Source of the DNA: Gammaproteobacteria bacterium
GTDB taxonomy: Bacteria > Pseudomonadota > Gammaproteobacteria > HK1
DNA: 64,000 nucleotides
Reading direction: 5' to 3'
NCBI GenBank assembly: GCA_021773645.1
Contig: JAJFJU010000003.1
Span: 119,495-183,494, forward strand
Numbering within the stretch: position 1 is the stretch's first letter; the number at the start of each line of letters is the position of its first letter. A program made the position numbers and the translations under genes. Shown one piece after another: positions 9,156 through 19,297 of the stretch. The notes under the pieces were generated by a model. That model had not been told where the DNA came from, did no database searches, and saw nothing but the letters and a program-made list of their open reading frames with translations.

Positions 9156-11048
9156 CTAGTGTTTTGTTTTGCCACTTGTCTTCCACTCTAGCCGCAGTAG
9201 CAGGTGAGAGGCGTAGCTAAAAGGTGCCGTCGAGAGCGCCCCGGTTCCCTTGTCCATGGCTTGTAGCGCCTGGGTTCGCAGTATCGGCATGGGGATCAAT
9301 CGAGCGAGTTTCAGCGTGCTGTCTATCAGTATGGCGGAGGGGGAAGGGCTGGCCCCATCTGCAAGCACGGCTTCTCCTGGACCCAGGTTAATCAGCAGGT
9401 CCTCTCCGCGTTGCCAGTGCCCGTCTACATAAAAGTGTTGCCACGCTTTTTCCAGTATCGCCTTCACCACGAGCGCATCCCGAATAGAGTTCTGTACCTT
9501 GGCCCAAGCCAGCAGTCCGTGGGTGACGTAGGCATAGTCTGCCAAGCTGGCAACCCCGTAGGGCTTTCCTGCTTTGTTCCGCGCTCTAAATAGCTCGCCT
9601 TCCTGGGTTATATGCTTGAGGAGTTGCCTTCGTAGTGCCTCGCCAGCTTGCTGATAGATAGCGCCATTCGGAGCCTTGAGTGCCGTTGCCAAGGCCGCTA
9701 ATGCCAGACCATTCCAGCCACTGATGACTTTGTTATCCCGGGGTAAGCTGCGTAGTCTGCGGGCCGTAAGCAAGCGTGTTTTTGCTGATTTTAGCTGGGA
9801 GATAGCTTGCTCTGGCGAGAGACCGAGCGCCGCTGTTGCCGCGCTAAGGGCGTGGTTTTGTAAAGGGAGGTAGCCTTCAGCAAAGGGTGCGGGGCCACGG
9901 CTATCCCACAGCCATTCCAACAGCAGCTGTTCTTCCGGAGACAGCATCTGTTGAAGCTGCTGTTTATCCCATAAATAGTAGGCGCCCTCCCGGTTTTGAC
10001 TGTCTACGGCCGAGAGGCTGGCGATAAAATTGCCTTCTGAAGTACTCATATCGGCTAGTAGGAAATCCAGTGTGTCCTCGCCGACCTTGGCAAACTCAGG
10101 GTCTTTGAGAATTTCGGCGGCATCCAGGTAGAGGCGTGCCAGCAGGGCATTGGTATAGAGCATTTTTTCAAAATGCGGGGTGCGCCAATAGCGGTCGGTG
10201 GTGTAGCGGAAAAATCCGCCCCCAAGCTGATCTCGTAAACCAAGGTGCGCCATTTGCCTCAAGGTCGTGCGCAGAAAAAGTTCCAGTTTCGGATCGGGGC
10301 GTTTGGCCTGGCTATAGAGCATTAGCCGTAGTTGCGGGATCGGGGGAAATTTTGCACCGGCCCCGAATCCGCCGTATTCCGTGTCTGCCGCGGCAAGTAG
10401 TCTTGAACGAACGAGACGGTGCAGCTCATCCGTGCTATCTGGAAGGGGCGCTCCATTCGCCGATGGCGGCGTTTGCTGCATGAGCCGACTATGTTCGACG
10501 GCTGCAGATTTAAGGGCGGCGCGGTCTTTTGACCAGCCTTGTGCCACCTGATCCAGTAGCTTGGAAAAGCGTGCTTTCGGCAGGTAGGTCATGCCAAAGA
10601 GGGGATCGCCAGAGGGGGTGAGAAAGACATGCAGTGGCCAACCCGCTTGCCCCCGAGTTTGACGCACAAATTTGAGTAGATAATTATCCAGAGCCGGCTG
10701 TAATTCACGGTCAATCTTGACCGGCACGAAGTGGCGATTGAGTTTGTTGGCGATACTGGCGTCTTGATAGCTTTCTCGCTGAATCACGTGGCACCAGTGG
10801 CAGGAAAAATAGCCAATGGAAAGAAACAGCAGCTTGTCTTGGCGCTGAGCTATCGCCATCGCCTCTCGATCCCACGGCTGCCAGTGCACAGGATCCTGGG
10901 CGTGTAGCAACAGGTAGGGAGATGTCTGTCCGGCAAGTCGATTGGTGGCGGGCGCCACGCTGCTAAGGCCAAACAGTATCAGGCCAATGAGTGGTGCCCA
11001 TGGAAAGCGGCGTTTAGTGCTGGCCGGAAAGATTAGATCAGACATCAT
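9156..11048 (-). CDS. Thioredoxin-domain (DUF255 / YyaL-like) protein with N-terminal signal or anchor
   Basis: It has the CHWCHV motif followed by a long alpha/alpha-toroid-like region. The start is trimmed to the ATG ATG at 11048/11045, because the ORF extension to 11180 lies inside repeat B2. Confidence 0.8.
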   Translation of the reverse strand: MMSDLIFPASTKRRFPWAPLIGLILFGLSSVAPATNRLAGQTSPYLLLHAQDPVHWQPWDREAMAIAQRQDKLLFLSIGYFSCHWCHVIQRESYQDASIANKLNRHFVPVKIDRELQPALDNYLLKFVRQTRGQAGWPLHVFLTPSGDPLFGMTYLPKARFSKLLDQVAQGWSKDRAALKSAAVEHSRLMQQTPPSANGAPLPDSTDELHRLVRSRLLAAADTEYGGFGAGAKFPPIPQLRLMLYSQAKRPDPKLELFLRTTLRQMAHLGLRDQLGGGFFRYTTDRYWRTPHFEKMLYTNALLARLYLDAAEILKDPEFAKVGEDTLDFLLADMSTSEGNFIASLSAVDSQNREGAYYLWDKQQLQQMLSPEEQLLLEWLWDSRGPAPFAEGYLPLQNHALSAATAALGLSPEQAISQLKSAKTRLLTARRLRSLPRDNKVISGWNGLALAALATALKAPNGAIYQQAGEALRRQLLKHITQEGELFRARNKAGKPYGVASLADYAYVTHGLLAWAKVQNSIRDALVVKAILEKAWQHFYVDGHWQRGEDLLINLGPGEAVLADGASPSPSAILIDSTLKLARLIPMPILRTQALQAMDKGTGALSTAPFSYASHLLLRLEWKTSGKTKH

Positions 11049-11080
11049 CAATCCCTGGCAATTAATGTTGTAGGGAAGTT

Positions 11081-11237
11081 CTGATCTATTCGTGAACTCG
11101 TATCTTGTGCCCAAAACATCCATCTTTATCATTGCTGCTCTTCGCAATAGAACGACTATTACGTGCGAGCAGCGCCTCAAAGCTGAACCTTTTGAATCAA
11201 AAATCTACTTCGCCCAGAACAAATCAGAGATTCCTTA
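11081..11237 (+). mobile_element. MITE-like element, family B, copy 2
   Basis: Same orientation and length class as 5065-5220. Its right-hand end overlaps the kinase stop codon at 11235-11237. Confidence 0.7.
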
Positions 11238-12518
11238 GGAGGCTTGGTCTGAGGCCACGGACAGGCGCTCTATCAGATTATTGAGGAACACTTTGTGAAA
11301 GCGCAATTGGCAGGCCAGTGAGGTACGTTCCATGAGTGAGGTGCGTACCTTCATAACCGTGACTTCTGTTTTGGCCACGATACTCACGGGCCGGACCTTG
11401 CCGGCGATAAAACCACTTTCACCAAAGCAATCGCCGCGTTCTAAAGAGTCCACCACGCGCTCACCCTTCCGAACAACTACCGTGCCGGAAACGATGATAT
11501 AGAAGGAATTGTCCAGCTCCCCTGCCTGAAAGATATCTGCACCTACCGCATATTCTTCCCAGCTAGTGGCGGTGATGACCTCCCAAATCTCCGCGACATC
11601 AAATTCCCGGAAAAATTTCAGTTCCTTGATCAGGTTGAATTTCTCACGGTTGGAAATTTCTTCTTCTGGCAGGTTCATTTCGTCGAACACCAAACTCAAA
11701 TCACCAACCATATCCATACAACTCTGATAGCGTTTAGCCGGGTCTTTTCTCAGGGCTCGATCGAGTATGGACTGAAGCACCCGGGGGACATCTGGGCGTA
11801 CTTCACGCAACGGTGTATGGGGAATATGGGTGATTTGGTGGATGATGGCCGGCAGACTACGGGCGACAAAGGGGTGGCGTCCGGTGAGCATCTCATACAT
11901 CACTACGCCGATAGAGAATATGTCGCTACGATTAGTAATGGCTCCTTCCAGCATCTGCTCAGGAGACATATAGAGTGGCGAACCGACATAGCCATGGACC
12001 TGGGTTTCAGTGACATCCAGATGGGTGAGTAGAGCGATACCAAAGTCACCGATCTTGACTTCGCGTTCCTGGCTGAGAAGGATGTTCTTCGGCTTTATGT
12101 CTCGGTGTACGACGCCCTTGCGATGGGCATGTTCCAGGGCTTTCGCACATTTGAAAATGATGCGAACGACGTCATGGATGGGTAGTAATACGTCAGGCTG
12201 GCAGAAGCTGTGGAGGGTTTTTTTCCCTGCTACGTACTCCATCACGATGTACCAGACATCACCCTCGACGTTGGCGTCGTAGACTTCAATGATGTTGGGA
12301 TGCCGGAGCATGCCGGCAACCTTCGCCTCATTAAAGAATAACTTACGGCTACGAGCACCCTGTTGGCTATCTCTTAGCTTGTCCTCGTGTGCGACCTTGA
12401 TGGCAACTTTTCGCTCGCCAAAAGGATCGTAGCCAAGGTAAACATCGCTCATGGCGCCCTTGCCTATATTGCGCAGGACCTCATATTTTCCGAGCGTTGT
12501 ATCTTTCAAGTTTTCCAT
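11235..12518 (-). CDS. Ser/Thr protein kinase with C-terminal cyclic-nucleotide-binding-like domain
   Basis: Hanks motifs are present (GKGAMSDVY, AIKV, HRDIKPKN, DFG, SPLYMSPE). The C-terminal beta-roll carries FGESGFIAGKVRP. The ATG at 12518 is preferred; the ORF can extend to a TTG at 12557. Confidence 0.85.
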   Translation of the reverse strand: MENLKDTTLGKYEVLRNIGKGAMSDVYLGYDPFGERKVAIKVAHEDKLRDSQQGARSRKLFFNEAKVAGMLRHPNIIEVYDANVEGDVWYIVMEYVAGKKTLHSFCQPDVLLPIHDVVRIIFKCAKALEHAHRKGVVHRDIKPKNILLSQEREVKIGDFGIALLTHLDVTETQVHGYVGSPLYMSPEQMLEGAITNRSDIFSIGVVMYEMLTGRHPFVARSLPAIIHQITHIPHTPLREVRPDVPRVLQSILDRALRKDPAKRYQSCMDMVGDLSLVFDEMNLPEEEISNREKFNLIKELKFFREFDVAEIWEVITATSWEEYAVGADIFQAGELDNSFYIIVSGTVVVRKGERVVDSLERGDCFGESGFIAGKVRPVSIVAKTEVTVMKVRTSLMERTSLACQLRFHKVFLNNLIERLSVASDQAS

Positions 12519-12657
12519 GAATGCTGCCGTTGTTGTAATACGATGAGGCGCTGGCAATATAGGTGATATTCCCGAGTCAGGCCACCATGCAATCTTAAAT
12601 AACCGGGGTTTTTACAGTTCAGTGTGTCAGCCCCAAGAACCCGGAGCCCGTAGTTCC

Positions 12658-13863
12658 ATGCAACCAAAAGTTAACCTCCAGGTATCCGGCCCGGGTACGT
12701 CCGCACCAGCGCCTGATTTTCGGCCCTTCGCCCTTGGCTTTCGGCCTTTTTTTCTATTAGCGGGGCTTAGCGCGGTTATTCTTCTGGCTTACTGGCTCGG
12801 GGTGTTGGGCATAGGGCTGCAACTGCCGGCCTATTACGGCGCTGTTGGCTGGCACGCTCACGAGATGGTGTTTGGTTTTGCGGCGGCTGCCATTGCTGGT
12901 TTTCTGTTGACCGCAGTGCGCAACTGGACTGGACGAGATACGGTTAGTGGTTGGCCACTAGCGGCTCTAGCGGTGGTTTGGTTGGCCGCTCGGCTGATGC
13001 CCTTCTGTCCATGGTCTCCGGCCTGGTTGCTTGCGGGTGTGGATCTCGCATTCTTGCCGCTAGTGGGAATTTGTATTGCCCCGGCGCTGTTCAGCGGCAA
13101 GGCAAATAATCTCGTTTTTCTGCTGCTACTAGCGGTTTTTGCCAGCGCTAATGCCATGGTGCATGCGGATGCATTGGGTTTTGCCGTGGGCACAGCCGCT
13201 GTGGGCAATCGGCTAGCGGCTAACCTAGTGGTGTTTTTTGTGGTGGTTATCGGCGGACGAGTAATTCCCTTTTTTACCGAAAAAGCGGTGGCCGGCTTTC
13301 AGGCTCCAGTACGCCCACGCCTTGAGGCTCTGGTGATTATTTCTCTAATCACGCTGATCGCTGCTGAGGTGTGGTATCCCCTGCCTATGGTGATCGCCAC
13401 TTTGGCCGCTATCGTCGTCTGCACACAGGCGGCGCGTCTTGCCGGCTGGCAGCATCGCGGGCTGTGGTCACTGCCGATACTTTGGGTGCTGCATCTGGCC
13501 TACGGCTGGCTGATCCTGGGCTTTGCGCTCAAGGTGGCCGCGGCGATGGGTGGCGTGTCCGAGTTCGCCGCTATTCATGCACTGACCGTCGGTGGCGTGG
13601 GTACCATGGTGGTGGGAATGATGTCGCGGGTTGCGTTGGGCCATACCGGGCGCGAGATAGAAGTGCTTCCGGGCATGGGAATCGCCTTCGTGCTAATTAA
13701 TCTGGCGGCCTTATTACGAGTATTTGGGCCACTGATTGTTCCCGCTGCCTACACGCACTGGTTACTGATCTCCGGTGCTTTATGGATAGCGGCCTTTGGC
13801 TTGTTTGCCATTATTTACACCCCCATCCTGCTGCGCGCACGGGTGGATGGGCGGCCGGGTTAG
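12658..13863 (+). CDS. nnrS: NnrS family membrane protein
   Basis: A polytopic membrane protein of about 400 aa. The N-terminal FRPFFL motif and conserved His positions fit NnrS. ATG at 12658, with an alternative GTG at 12622. Confidence 0.8.
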   Translation: MQPKVNLQVSGPGTSAPAPDFRPFALGFRPFFLLAGLSAVILLAYWLGVLGIGLQLPAYYGAVGWHAHEMVFGFAAAAIAGFLLTAVRNWTGRDTVSGWPLAALAVVWLAARLMPFCPWSPAWLLAGVDLAFLPLVGICIAPALFSGKANNLVFLLLLAVFASANAMVHADALGFAVGTAAVGNRLAANLVVFFVVVIGGRVIPFFTEKAVAGFQAPVRPRLEALVIISLITLIAAEVWYPLPMVIATLAAIVVCTQAARLAGWQHRGLWSLPILWVLHLAYGWLILGFALKVAAAMGGVSEFAAIHALTVGGVGTMVVGMMSRVALGHTGREIEVLPGMGIAFVLINLAALLRVFGPLIVPAAYTHWLLISGALWIAAFGLFAIIYTPILLRARVDGRPG

Positions 13864-13872
13864 GGGAGCTTT

Positions 13873-14325
13873 GTGGCACTAGAACGTTTGTTACGTCGGT
13901 ATTCCGCCTATTACCGGGGCTGGTGTCAGGCCTTTGGGGACCACGAGATTTCCTCGGAATCTTTGGAATCTGATGAGGACATCAATTGGCTGTTTGGTGA
14001 GGAGAATGTTGGCCTCATTTTGAGCCCAAACATCCGCAAGCGTTTCTTCCGTGAATTACTGCGCGGGGTGCATGGTGTTCCCACCCTGGAGCTGGCGGAG
14101 GATTACGCACAGATCAATGAATTCAGGCATCCGGTGGATGCCGAGGGCAGTCGTTTGGGGCTGACTCGCTTGATTGCGTTGTTGGAACAGGACCAGGATA
14201 TCTTCCTGTTTCAGACCTATCATTTCTGTTACCCGGAAGGCACTCGCATCCTGACTTTTTCTACCCGTAAGCCATTGATGATCATGTACAAGGAAGTGGG
14301 GCCGATGCAGGTTCGTATGCTTTAG
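13873..14325 (+). CDS. Hypothetical protein (150 aa)
   Basis: GTG start 10 nt after the nnrS stop, with AGGGGAG just upstream. I recognise no motif. The composition looks protein-like. Confidence 0.5.
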   Translation: MALERLLRRYSAYYRGWCQAFGDHEISSESLESDEDINWLFGEENVGLILSPNIRKRFFRELLRGVHGVPTLELAEDYAQINEFRHPVDAEGSRLGLTRLIALLEQDQDIFLFQTYHFCYPEGTRILTFSTRKPLMIMYKEVGPMQVRML

Positions 14326-14379
14326 CGGTGCATCGTCTGTGGGGCCGCTCGCGGCCGCTATACGAGTTGCTAACGGATC

Positions 14380-15219
14380 CTAGTAGTCAGCCGCAAAACA
14401 GGCGAGTAATTCACCCACTTCTTTACGATTTCTTCCATCACAGCTGATTTGGCGCCGTACCGAAAAATACGTTAGTTCCGCTTCGCGGTAGATTTTCCGG
14501 GTAAAAGGGGTGTCGTGATTTGAAATAAGTGTGGTGATACCGCGCTTGGCCATGCGCTCCGCACAGCAGGCAAGATCCGCCTGATCTTCGTTGGAAAAGT
14601 TCTTACCGTTGTAGCCGGTAAAATAGGCGGTTTCGCTGAGTGGCACATAGGGCGGATCGGCATACACCACCACACCACGCCGTGCTCGGCTCAGGGTTTT
14701 ACGGAAGTCTTCGCAGATGAATTTTGTCTGTCGCGCATGATGATGGAAGGCATGCATTCCGTCTGCGGGACAAAGCGGGCGTTTATAGCGACCGAAAGGG
14801 ACGTTGAATCCACCCTTGGCACTGTAGCGCATGAGGCCGTTATAGCCATGACGATTCAGGTACACGAATAACGCTGACCGTTGAAAGGGATCCTGCTCGG
14901 CATTAAAAGCTTCTCGCAGGCGATAGTAGGCCTCACGCTCATTGTTTTCCGGGGTGAAGAGTGTTTTCACATGCTCGATGAAGCGCTCGCCCTGCTGCTG
15001 TAATACTTGGTAAAGAGCGATGAGATCGGGATTGGCGTCGGCGATCAGGTTGTCTTTGAAGCCGGCATTCAGAAACACCACGCCGGAGCCCGCGAAAGGC
15101 TCTATCAGGCGTTTTCCCGGTGGCAAGCCGTTGATGATGCGCGGCAATAATCGGTATTTTCCCCCAGCCCATTTTAGGAAAGGACGGATGAAAGTTTTGG
15201 AGGCGATGGGCGGGCTCAT
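14380..15219 (-). CDS. dam: DNA adenine methyltransferase (Dam family)
   Basis: FLKWAGGKYRLLP, the FxGxG-like AdoMet motif EPFAGSGVVFLN and the catalytic DPPY (YADPPYVPLS) are all present. Confidence 0.92.
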   Translation of the reverse strand: MSPPIASKTFIRPFLKWAGGKYRLLPRIINGLPPGKRLIEPFAGSGVVFLNAGFKDNLIADANPDLIALYQVLQQQGERFIEHVKTLFTPENNEREAYYRLREAFNAEQDPFQRSALFVYLNRHGYNGLMRYSAKGGFNVPFGRYKRPLCPADGMHAFHHHARQTKFICEDFRKTLSRARRGVVVYADPPYVPLSETAYFTGYNGKNFSNEDQADLACCAERMAKRGITTLISNHDTPFTRKIYREAELTYFSVRRQISCDGRNRKEVGELLACFAADY

Positions 15220-15337
15220 GGAGGCAGACAGGGTGTCTGCTGAAGCGCTGTATGTCTACGGGTTATCTTGATGCTATTAAGGTATGTTGGGCGGGGCAGT
15301 TCTGAGGCGAACAGGCAAAGTACCTTCAAGGGAGAAA

Positions 15338-16084
15338 ATGATGAAAAAACTGTTGAGCATTGGCGCTATCGTCGTCGTGGTGATCGTGGCGGCGGCATTC
15401 GTGTTGCTGGGGAATATCAACACACTAGTAAAAGAGGGTGTCGAGCAGACCGCCCCGCTGGTGTTGAAAGCACCGGTTGAATTACAAAGTGTCGATATCT
15501 CGGTATTTTTCGGCTCTGGTGAGTTGAATGGCTTTCGTGTCGGAAATCCCAAGGGCTATAAGACTGATTATGCATTCAACATGAAAAGCTTGCAGGTGGA
15601 ACTGGATACCGCCTCTGTCACCTCGGATAAAATCCATATTAAAAGCATCACCATAGACGCCCCGGATATCGTCTTTGAAGGTGGCTTTAAAAAGAGCAAC
15701 CTGAGCCAGCTACAGGCCAATGCCGAGGCCTTTGCCGGTGGTGGCGGTGATAAAGGGAAAAGCGCAGACAACGGCGCGGGCAAGAAGCTGCAGATTGACC
15801 GCCTGATCATCCGTAACGGTACCATCAGTGTCAGCATGGGATTGCTGCAAGGCAAAAAGCTCAGCGTTCCCCTGCCCACATTGGAGCTAACCGACATTGG
15901 CAAGGATAAGGATGCCAGTGCCGCGGACGTACTCAAAGAGGTGCTCGCCGCAGTCAATGGTGCTGCCATTCCCGCCGTGCAGCAGGGCGTTAGCAAGTTA
16001 GGTGGTGTTGCTAAGGTGCGCGAAGCCGTCGAAGGCGGTGTGCAGAAAGGTTTGGGAAAGATTAAGGGATTGTTTGGAAAATAG
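15338..16084 (+). CDS. Membrane-anchored AsmA-like/DUF748-like protein (tentative)
   Basis: ATG ATG at 15338 follows GGGAGA. An N-terminal TM helix is followed by a beta-rich region and a Gly/Lys-rich tail. The family assignment is by resemblance only. Confidence 0.5.
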   Translation: MMKKLLSIGAIVVVVIVAAAFVLLGNINTLVKEGVEQTAPLVLKAPVELQSVDISVFFGSGELNGFRVGNPKGYKTDYAFNMKSLQVELDTASVTSDKIHIKSITIDAPDIVFEGGFKKSNLSQLQANAEAFAGGGGDKGKSADNGAGKKLQIDRLIIRNGTISVSMGLLQGKKLSVPLPTLELTDIGKDKDASAADVLKEVLAAVNGAAIPAVQQGVSKLGGVAKVREAVEGGVQKGLGKIKGLFGK

Positions 16085-16151
16085 TAGCGCCCATAGTGCC
16101 TACACCGAACAGGCCGGCATCAGACGAACGCTCGTAAATACTTGATGATAT

Positions 16152-16227
16152 TGGTGGGCCGTGCTGGGTTCGAACCAGCGACCACCTGATTAAAAGTCAG
16201 ATGCTCTACCGACTGAGCTAACGGCCC
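16152..16227 (-). tRNA. tRNA-Lys (anticodon UUU)
   Basis: The reverse complement reads GGGCCGTTAGCTCAGTCGGTAGAGCATCTGACTTTTAATCAGG..GGTTCGAACC..CACGGCCCACCA. It has a cloverleaf, the anticodon loop CTTTTAA and an encoded CCA. Confidence 0.95.
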
Positions 16228-16424
16228 ATAAGGGTTTAACGATGGGGAGGCGATGATACCTCACTTTGGCCTCTGGGGAAGCCCCCCGTGAGGCTTCGTG
16301 TTATTTTCTCCGGGAGGCCTTTGTCACGACGAGTTAGCATGCCAGAGGTCGCCAAGGACTTGAAATATGGTGCGATCGCCCTTATCTTCGATGGGTTCAG
16401 ACGACCAGATGGTGTTATCGAGTT

Positions 16425-16694
16425 ATGCCGATTTACGAATACGAGTGCGACAGTTGTGGTAAGCGTAAGGAAGTTATCCAGAAGTTCAGCGATCCGTTGC
16501 TGGTGGATTGTCCCTCATGCGGTGAGGCTGCCTTGCGAAAGTTGGTGTCAGCCGCGGGCTTTCGTCTGAAGGGAAGTGGCTGGTACGAGACGGATTTTAA
16601 GAACAAACCCAAGCCGCCTGCCGATTGTCCAGCGGGTGGTGATGCGAAGACCTCGCCTTGTTCGTCCGGGGCTTGTAAGGCCGGTGGTTCGTAG
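16425..16694 (+). CDS. FmdB family zinc-ribbon protein
   Basis: MPIYEYECDSCG...CPSCG, followed by a low-complexity tail. Confidence 0.85.
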   Translation: MPIYEYECDSCGKRKEVIQKFSDPLLVDCPSCGEAALRKLVSAAGFRLKGSGWYETDFKNKPKPPADCPAGGDAKTSPCSSGACKAGGS

Positions 16695-16768
16695 TTGCCC
16701 ATCTTTTTGGGCTTTTATCATTAGCTTGGACGTGATGGCTTTTAGTTGGCCTTAGGTCCGGAACCTGC

Positions 16769-17413
16769 ATGCGTAAATATCTGATTGCCGGATTATTGAT
16801 CTGGATTCCCCTCGGCGTGACCGTGTTAGTGGTCAAGCTGTTGGTGGATATCATGGACCGCTCGCTGTTGTTATTACCTGCGAAGTGGCAGCCGGATGCC
16901 TTGCTGGGTATTCATATCCCGGGCCTCGGAGTAGTGTTGTCCGTGGCGGTGGTTTTGATTACAGGCATTGTGGTGGCCAATTTTCTTGGCCGCCGACTGG
17001 TTGCGCTGTGGGAGTACCTGCTGTCGCATATCCCCTTTGTGCGTGGCGTTTATCGCGCCGCAAAGCAGGTAATGGAGGCGGTTTTAACCACCGGTGGTCA
17101 GTCTTTTCGCAAAGTGATGCTGATTGAGTATCCGCGCAAGGGGATCTGGTGTTTGAGTTTCCTTACCGGTAGCGACTTTGCCGAGATTGATGCGCGTACC
17201 GGCAAGCAGATGGTCAGTGTCTTCGTGCCCACCACCCCTAACCCGACTTCAGGCTTTGTCATACTGATGCCGAGAGAGGACGTCATTGAGCTCGACATGA
17301 GCGTGGATGATGGCCTGAAGATGATTATTTCCCTGGGTGTTGCGGTGCCGGCTTGGGAGCAACAAGACGTTCCGGACGTGGCGAAGATTGCGGCTACGCA
17401 ACGCGACACGTAA
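16769..17413 (+). CDS. DUF502 membrane protein
   Basis: The N-terminus [18 protein letters not shown] and the [10 protein letters not shown] motif are typical of DUF502. FmdB-DUF502-aspS is a common gene order. Confidence 0.8.
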   Translation: MRKYLIAGLLIWIPLGVTVLVVKLLVDIMDRSLLLLPAKWQPDALLGIHIPGLGVVLSVAVVLITGIVVANFLGRRLVALWEYLLSHIPFVRGVYRAAKQVMEAVLTTGGQSFRKVMLIEYPRKGIWCLSFLTGSDFAEIDARTGKQMVSVFVPTTPNPTSGFVILMPREDVIELDMSVDDGLKMIISLGVAVPAWEQQDVPDVAKIAATQRDT

Positions 17414-17447
17414 TATCCCCGCCTTTCCTTTTCTGCTCGGATTTCAA

Positions 17448-19232
17448 ATGCGTACACACTATTGCGGACAGCTCAGCGAAGCGCTCGTGGGCGACACGGT
17501 CGCGCTCTGCGGTTGGGTCAATCGCCGTCGCGACCATGGCGGCGTTATCTTTATCGATTTACGTGACCGAGAAGGTCTGGCCCAGGTGGTGTTTGACCCT
17601 GATGAGCCGGGGTCCTTTGCCATCGCCGAGCAGGTCCGGAGTGAGTACGTACTTCGGGTAGAGGGTGTGGTGCGGCTGCGCCCCGAGGGCACTCGCAATG
17701 ATGAGCTGCCTACCGGTCAGGTCGAGGTGGCGATCACCTCAATTACTGTGCTCAATACTGCCGAAACACCGCCTTTTCAGCTTGATGACACCGATGTCCA
17801 TGAGGACAACCGGCTGCGTCATCGCTATGTCGACCTGCGCCGGCCGGTGATGCAACAGCGGCTCAGGTTGCGGGCTGATATCACCCGCTCCATACGCTCT
17901 TATATGGATAGCGAGGGTTTCATCGACATTGAGACTCCCATGCTGACCCGGGCGACCCCCGAGGGTGCGCGCGATTATATGGTGCCGAGTCGGACTCATC
18001 CCGGCAGCTTTTTTGCCCTGCCCCAGTCACCGCAGATCTTCAAGCAGTTGCTGATGGTTTCGGGTTTTGATCGTTATTACCAGATTGTGCGCTGCTTCCG
18101 TGATGAGGATCTGCGAGCCGATCGGCAGCCGGAATTTACTCAGATCGACGTGGAAACCTCCTTTCTCGATGAGGACGGGATCATGGGGCTCATGGAGGCC
18201 ATGATTCGCCAAGTTTTTCATGAGGTGCTGGACGTTACACTGCCCGATCCTTTTCCTCGTATCAGTTATCACGAGGCCATGGATCGCTTTGGCAGTGACC
18301 GCCCGGATATGCGTATCTCGCTGGAACTAACCGAGGTGAGTGATCTGGTCGCGGACACGGACTTTAAGGTGTTCTCGGCGCCGGCGAAGGATCCCAAGGG
18401 ACGGGTCGTAGCGTTGCGCCTGCCGGGCGGTGCCAGCCTGCCGCGCCGGGTCATTGATGAGTACACCAAGTTTGTGGGGATCTACGGTGCCCGCGGACTG
18501 GCCTATATCAAGGTCAATGATGTGGCCGCCGGGCGTGAGGGTCTGCAGTCCCCCATCGTCAAATTCCTCTCCGATGAGGCGCTGGAAAAGATCATGGCGC
18601 GCACCGGTGCCAAAGACGGTGATTTGGTATTCTTCGGTGCCGACAAGGCTCGCATCGTGAATGATGCCTTGGGTGCCTTGCGGGTGCGCCTGGGCGAAGA
18701 TCTCGATCTCATGGAAGGCGAATGGCAGCCCATTTGGGTGGTGGATTTCCCCATGTTCGAATGGGATGAGAAGGAGAATCGCTGGAGTGCCTTGCATCAT
18801 CCCTTTACCGCCCCCGATGCCGATGGGGCGGAGATGCTTGAGGCGGACCCGGGTGCCTGCCTTTCCCGAGCCTACGATATGGTGTTGAATGGTTCTGAAA
18901 TTGGTGGTGGTTCCATTCGTATCCATCAGCAAGAGCTGCAAAAAGCGGTGTTCCGCGTGCTGGGGATTGGCGATGAAGAGGCCCGCCATAAGTTTGGCTT
19001 CCTGCTGGATGCCCTCCAGTACGGCTGTCCGCCTCATGGCGGTCTCGCCTTTGGACTGGATCGTTTGGCCATGCTGATGTCTGGCTCCAATTCCATCCGC
19101 GAGGTTATTGCCTTTCCCAAGACCCAGACCGCCAGTTGCCCGCTTACCGAGGCCCCGGCGCCGGCAGAGGCCGAGCAGTTGGTGCAGCTGGGTTTGCGGC
19201 TGCGTCCGCAGTTAGATAAGAAGTCCGACTGA
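17448..19232 (+). CDS. aspS: Aspartate--tRNA ligase
   Basis: MRTHYCGQL.., with class II motifs ([31 protein letters not shown]). The upstream ORF extension from 17337 overlaps the DUF502 gene and was discarded. Confidence 0.97.
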   Translation: MRTHYCGQLSEALVGDTVALCGWVNRRRDHGGVIFIDLRDREGLAQVVFDPDEPGSFAIAEQVRSEYVLRVEGVVRLRPEGTRNDELPTGQVEVAITSITVLNTAETPPFQLDDTDVHEDNRLRHRYVDLRRPVMQQRLRLRADITRSIRSYMDSEGFIDIETPMLTRATPEGARDYMVPSRTHPGSFFALPQSPQIFKQLLMVSGFDRYYQIVRCFRDEDLRADRQPEFTQIDVETSFLDEDGIMGLMEAMIRQVFHEVLDVTLPDPFPRISYHEAMDRFGSDRPDMRISLELTEVSDLVADTDFKVFSAPAKDPKGRVVALRLPGGASLPRRVIDEYTKFVGIYGARGLAYIKVNDVAAGREGLQSPIVKFLSDEALEKIMARTGAKDGDLVFFGADKARIVNDALGALRVRLGEDLDLMEGEWQPIWVVDFPMFEWDEKENRWSALHHPFTAPDADGAEMLEADPGACLSRAYDMVLNGSEIGGGSIRIHQQELQKAVFRVLGIGDEEARHKFGFLLDALQYGCPPHGGLAFGLDRLAMLMSGSNSIREVIAFPKTQTASCPLTEAPAPAEAEQLVQLGLRLRPQLDKKSD

Positions 19233-19297
19233 TCCCGCTGGTAGACGCTTGCTAAAGGCCCCTTGCGGGGCCGGATCTACCCTTTGCTCGTTGCTTG

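Noticed and set aside
14341-14360. The GGCCGCTCGCGGCC palindrome between the unknown ORF and dam, as a terminator.
   Set aside because: The stem is only 5-6 bp with a 2-4-nt loop and no T-run. That is too weak to call.
16085-16227. tRNA-Lys (and tRNA-Gly at 27492-27565) as genomic-island integration sites.
   Set aside because: There is no integrase, no direct repeat of the tRNA 3' end elsewhere in the window, and the flanking genes have ordinary composition. The 11.1-16.2 kb block is only flagged as possibly variable.
17337-17447. Upstream starts for aspS (17337), gap (28579), rsmG (61570) and parA (62360) suggested by the ORF track.
   Set aside because: The extensions overlap the preceding genes and lack family-like sequence. 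Conserved N-termini begin at 17448, 28651, 61777 and 62447.
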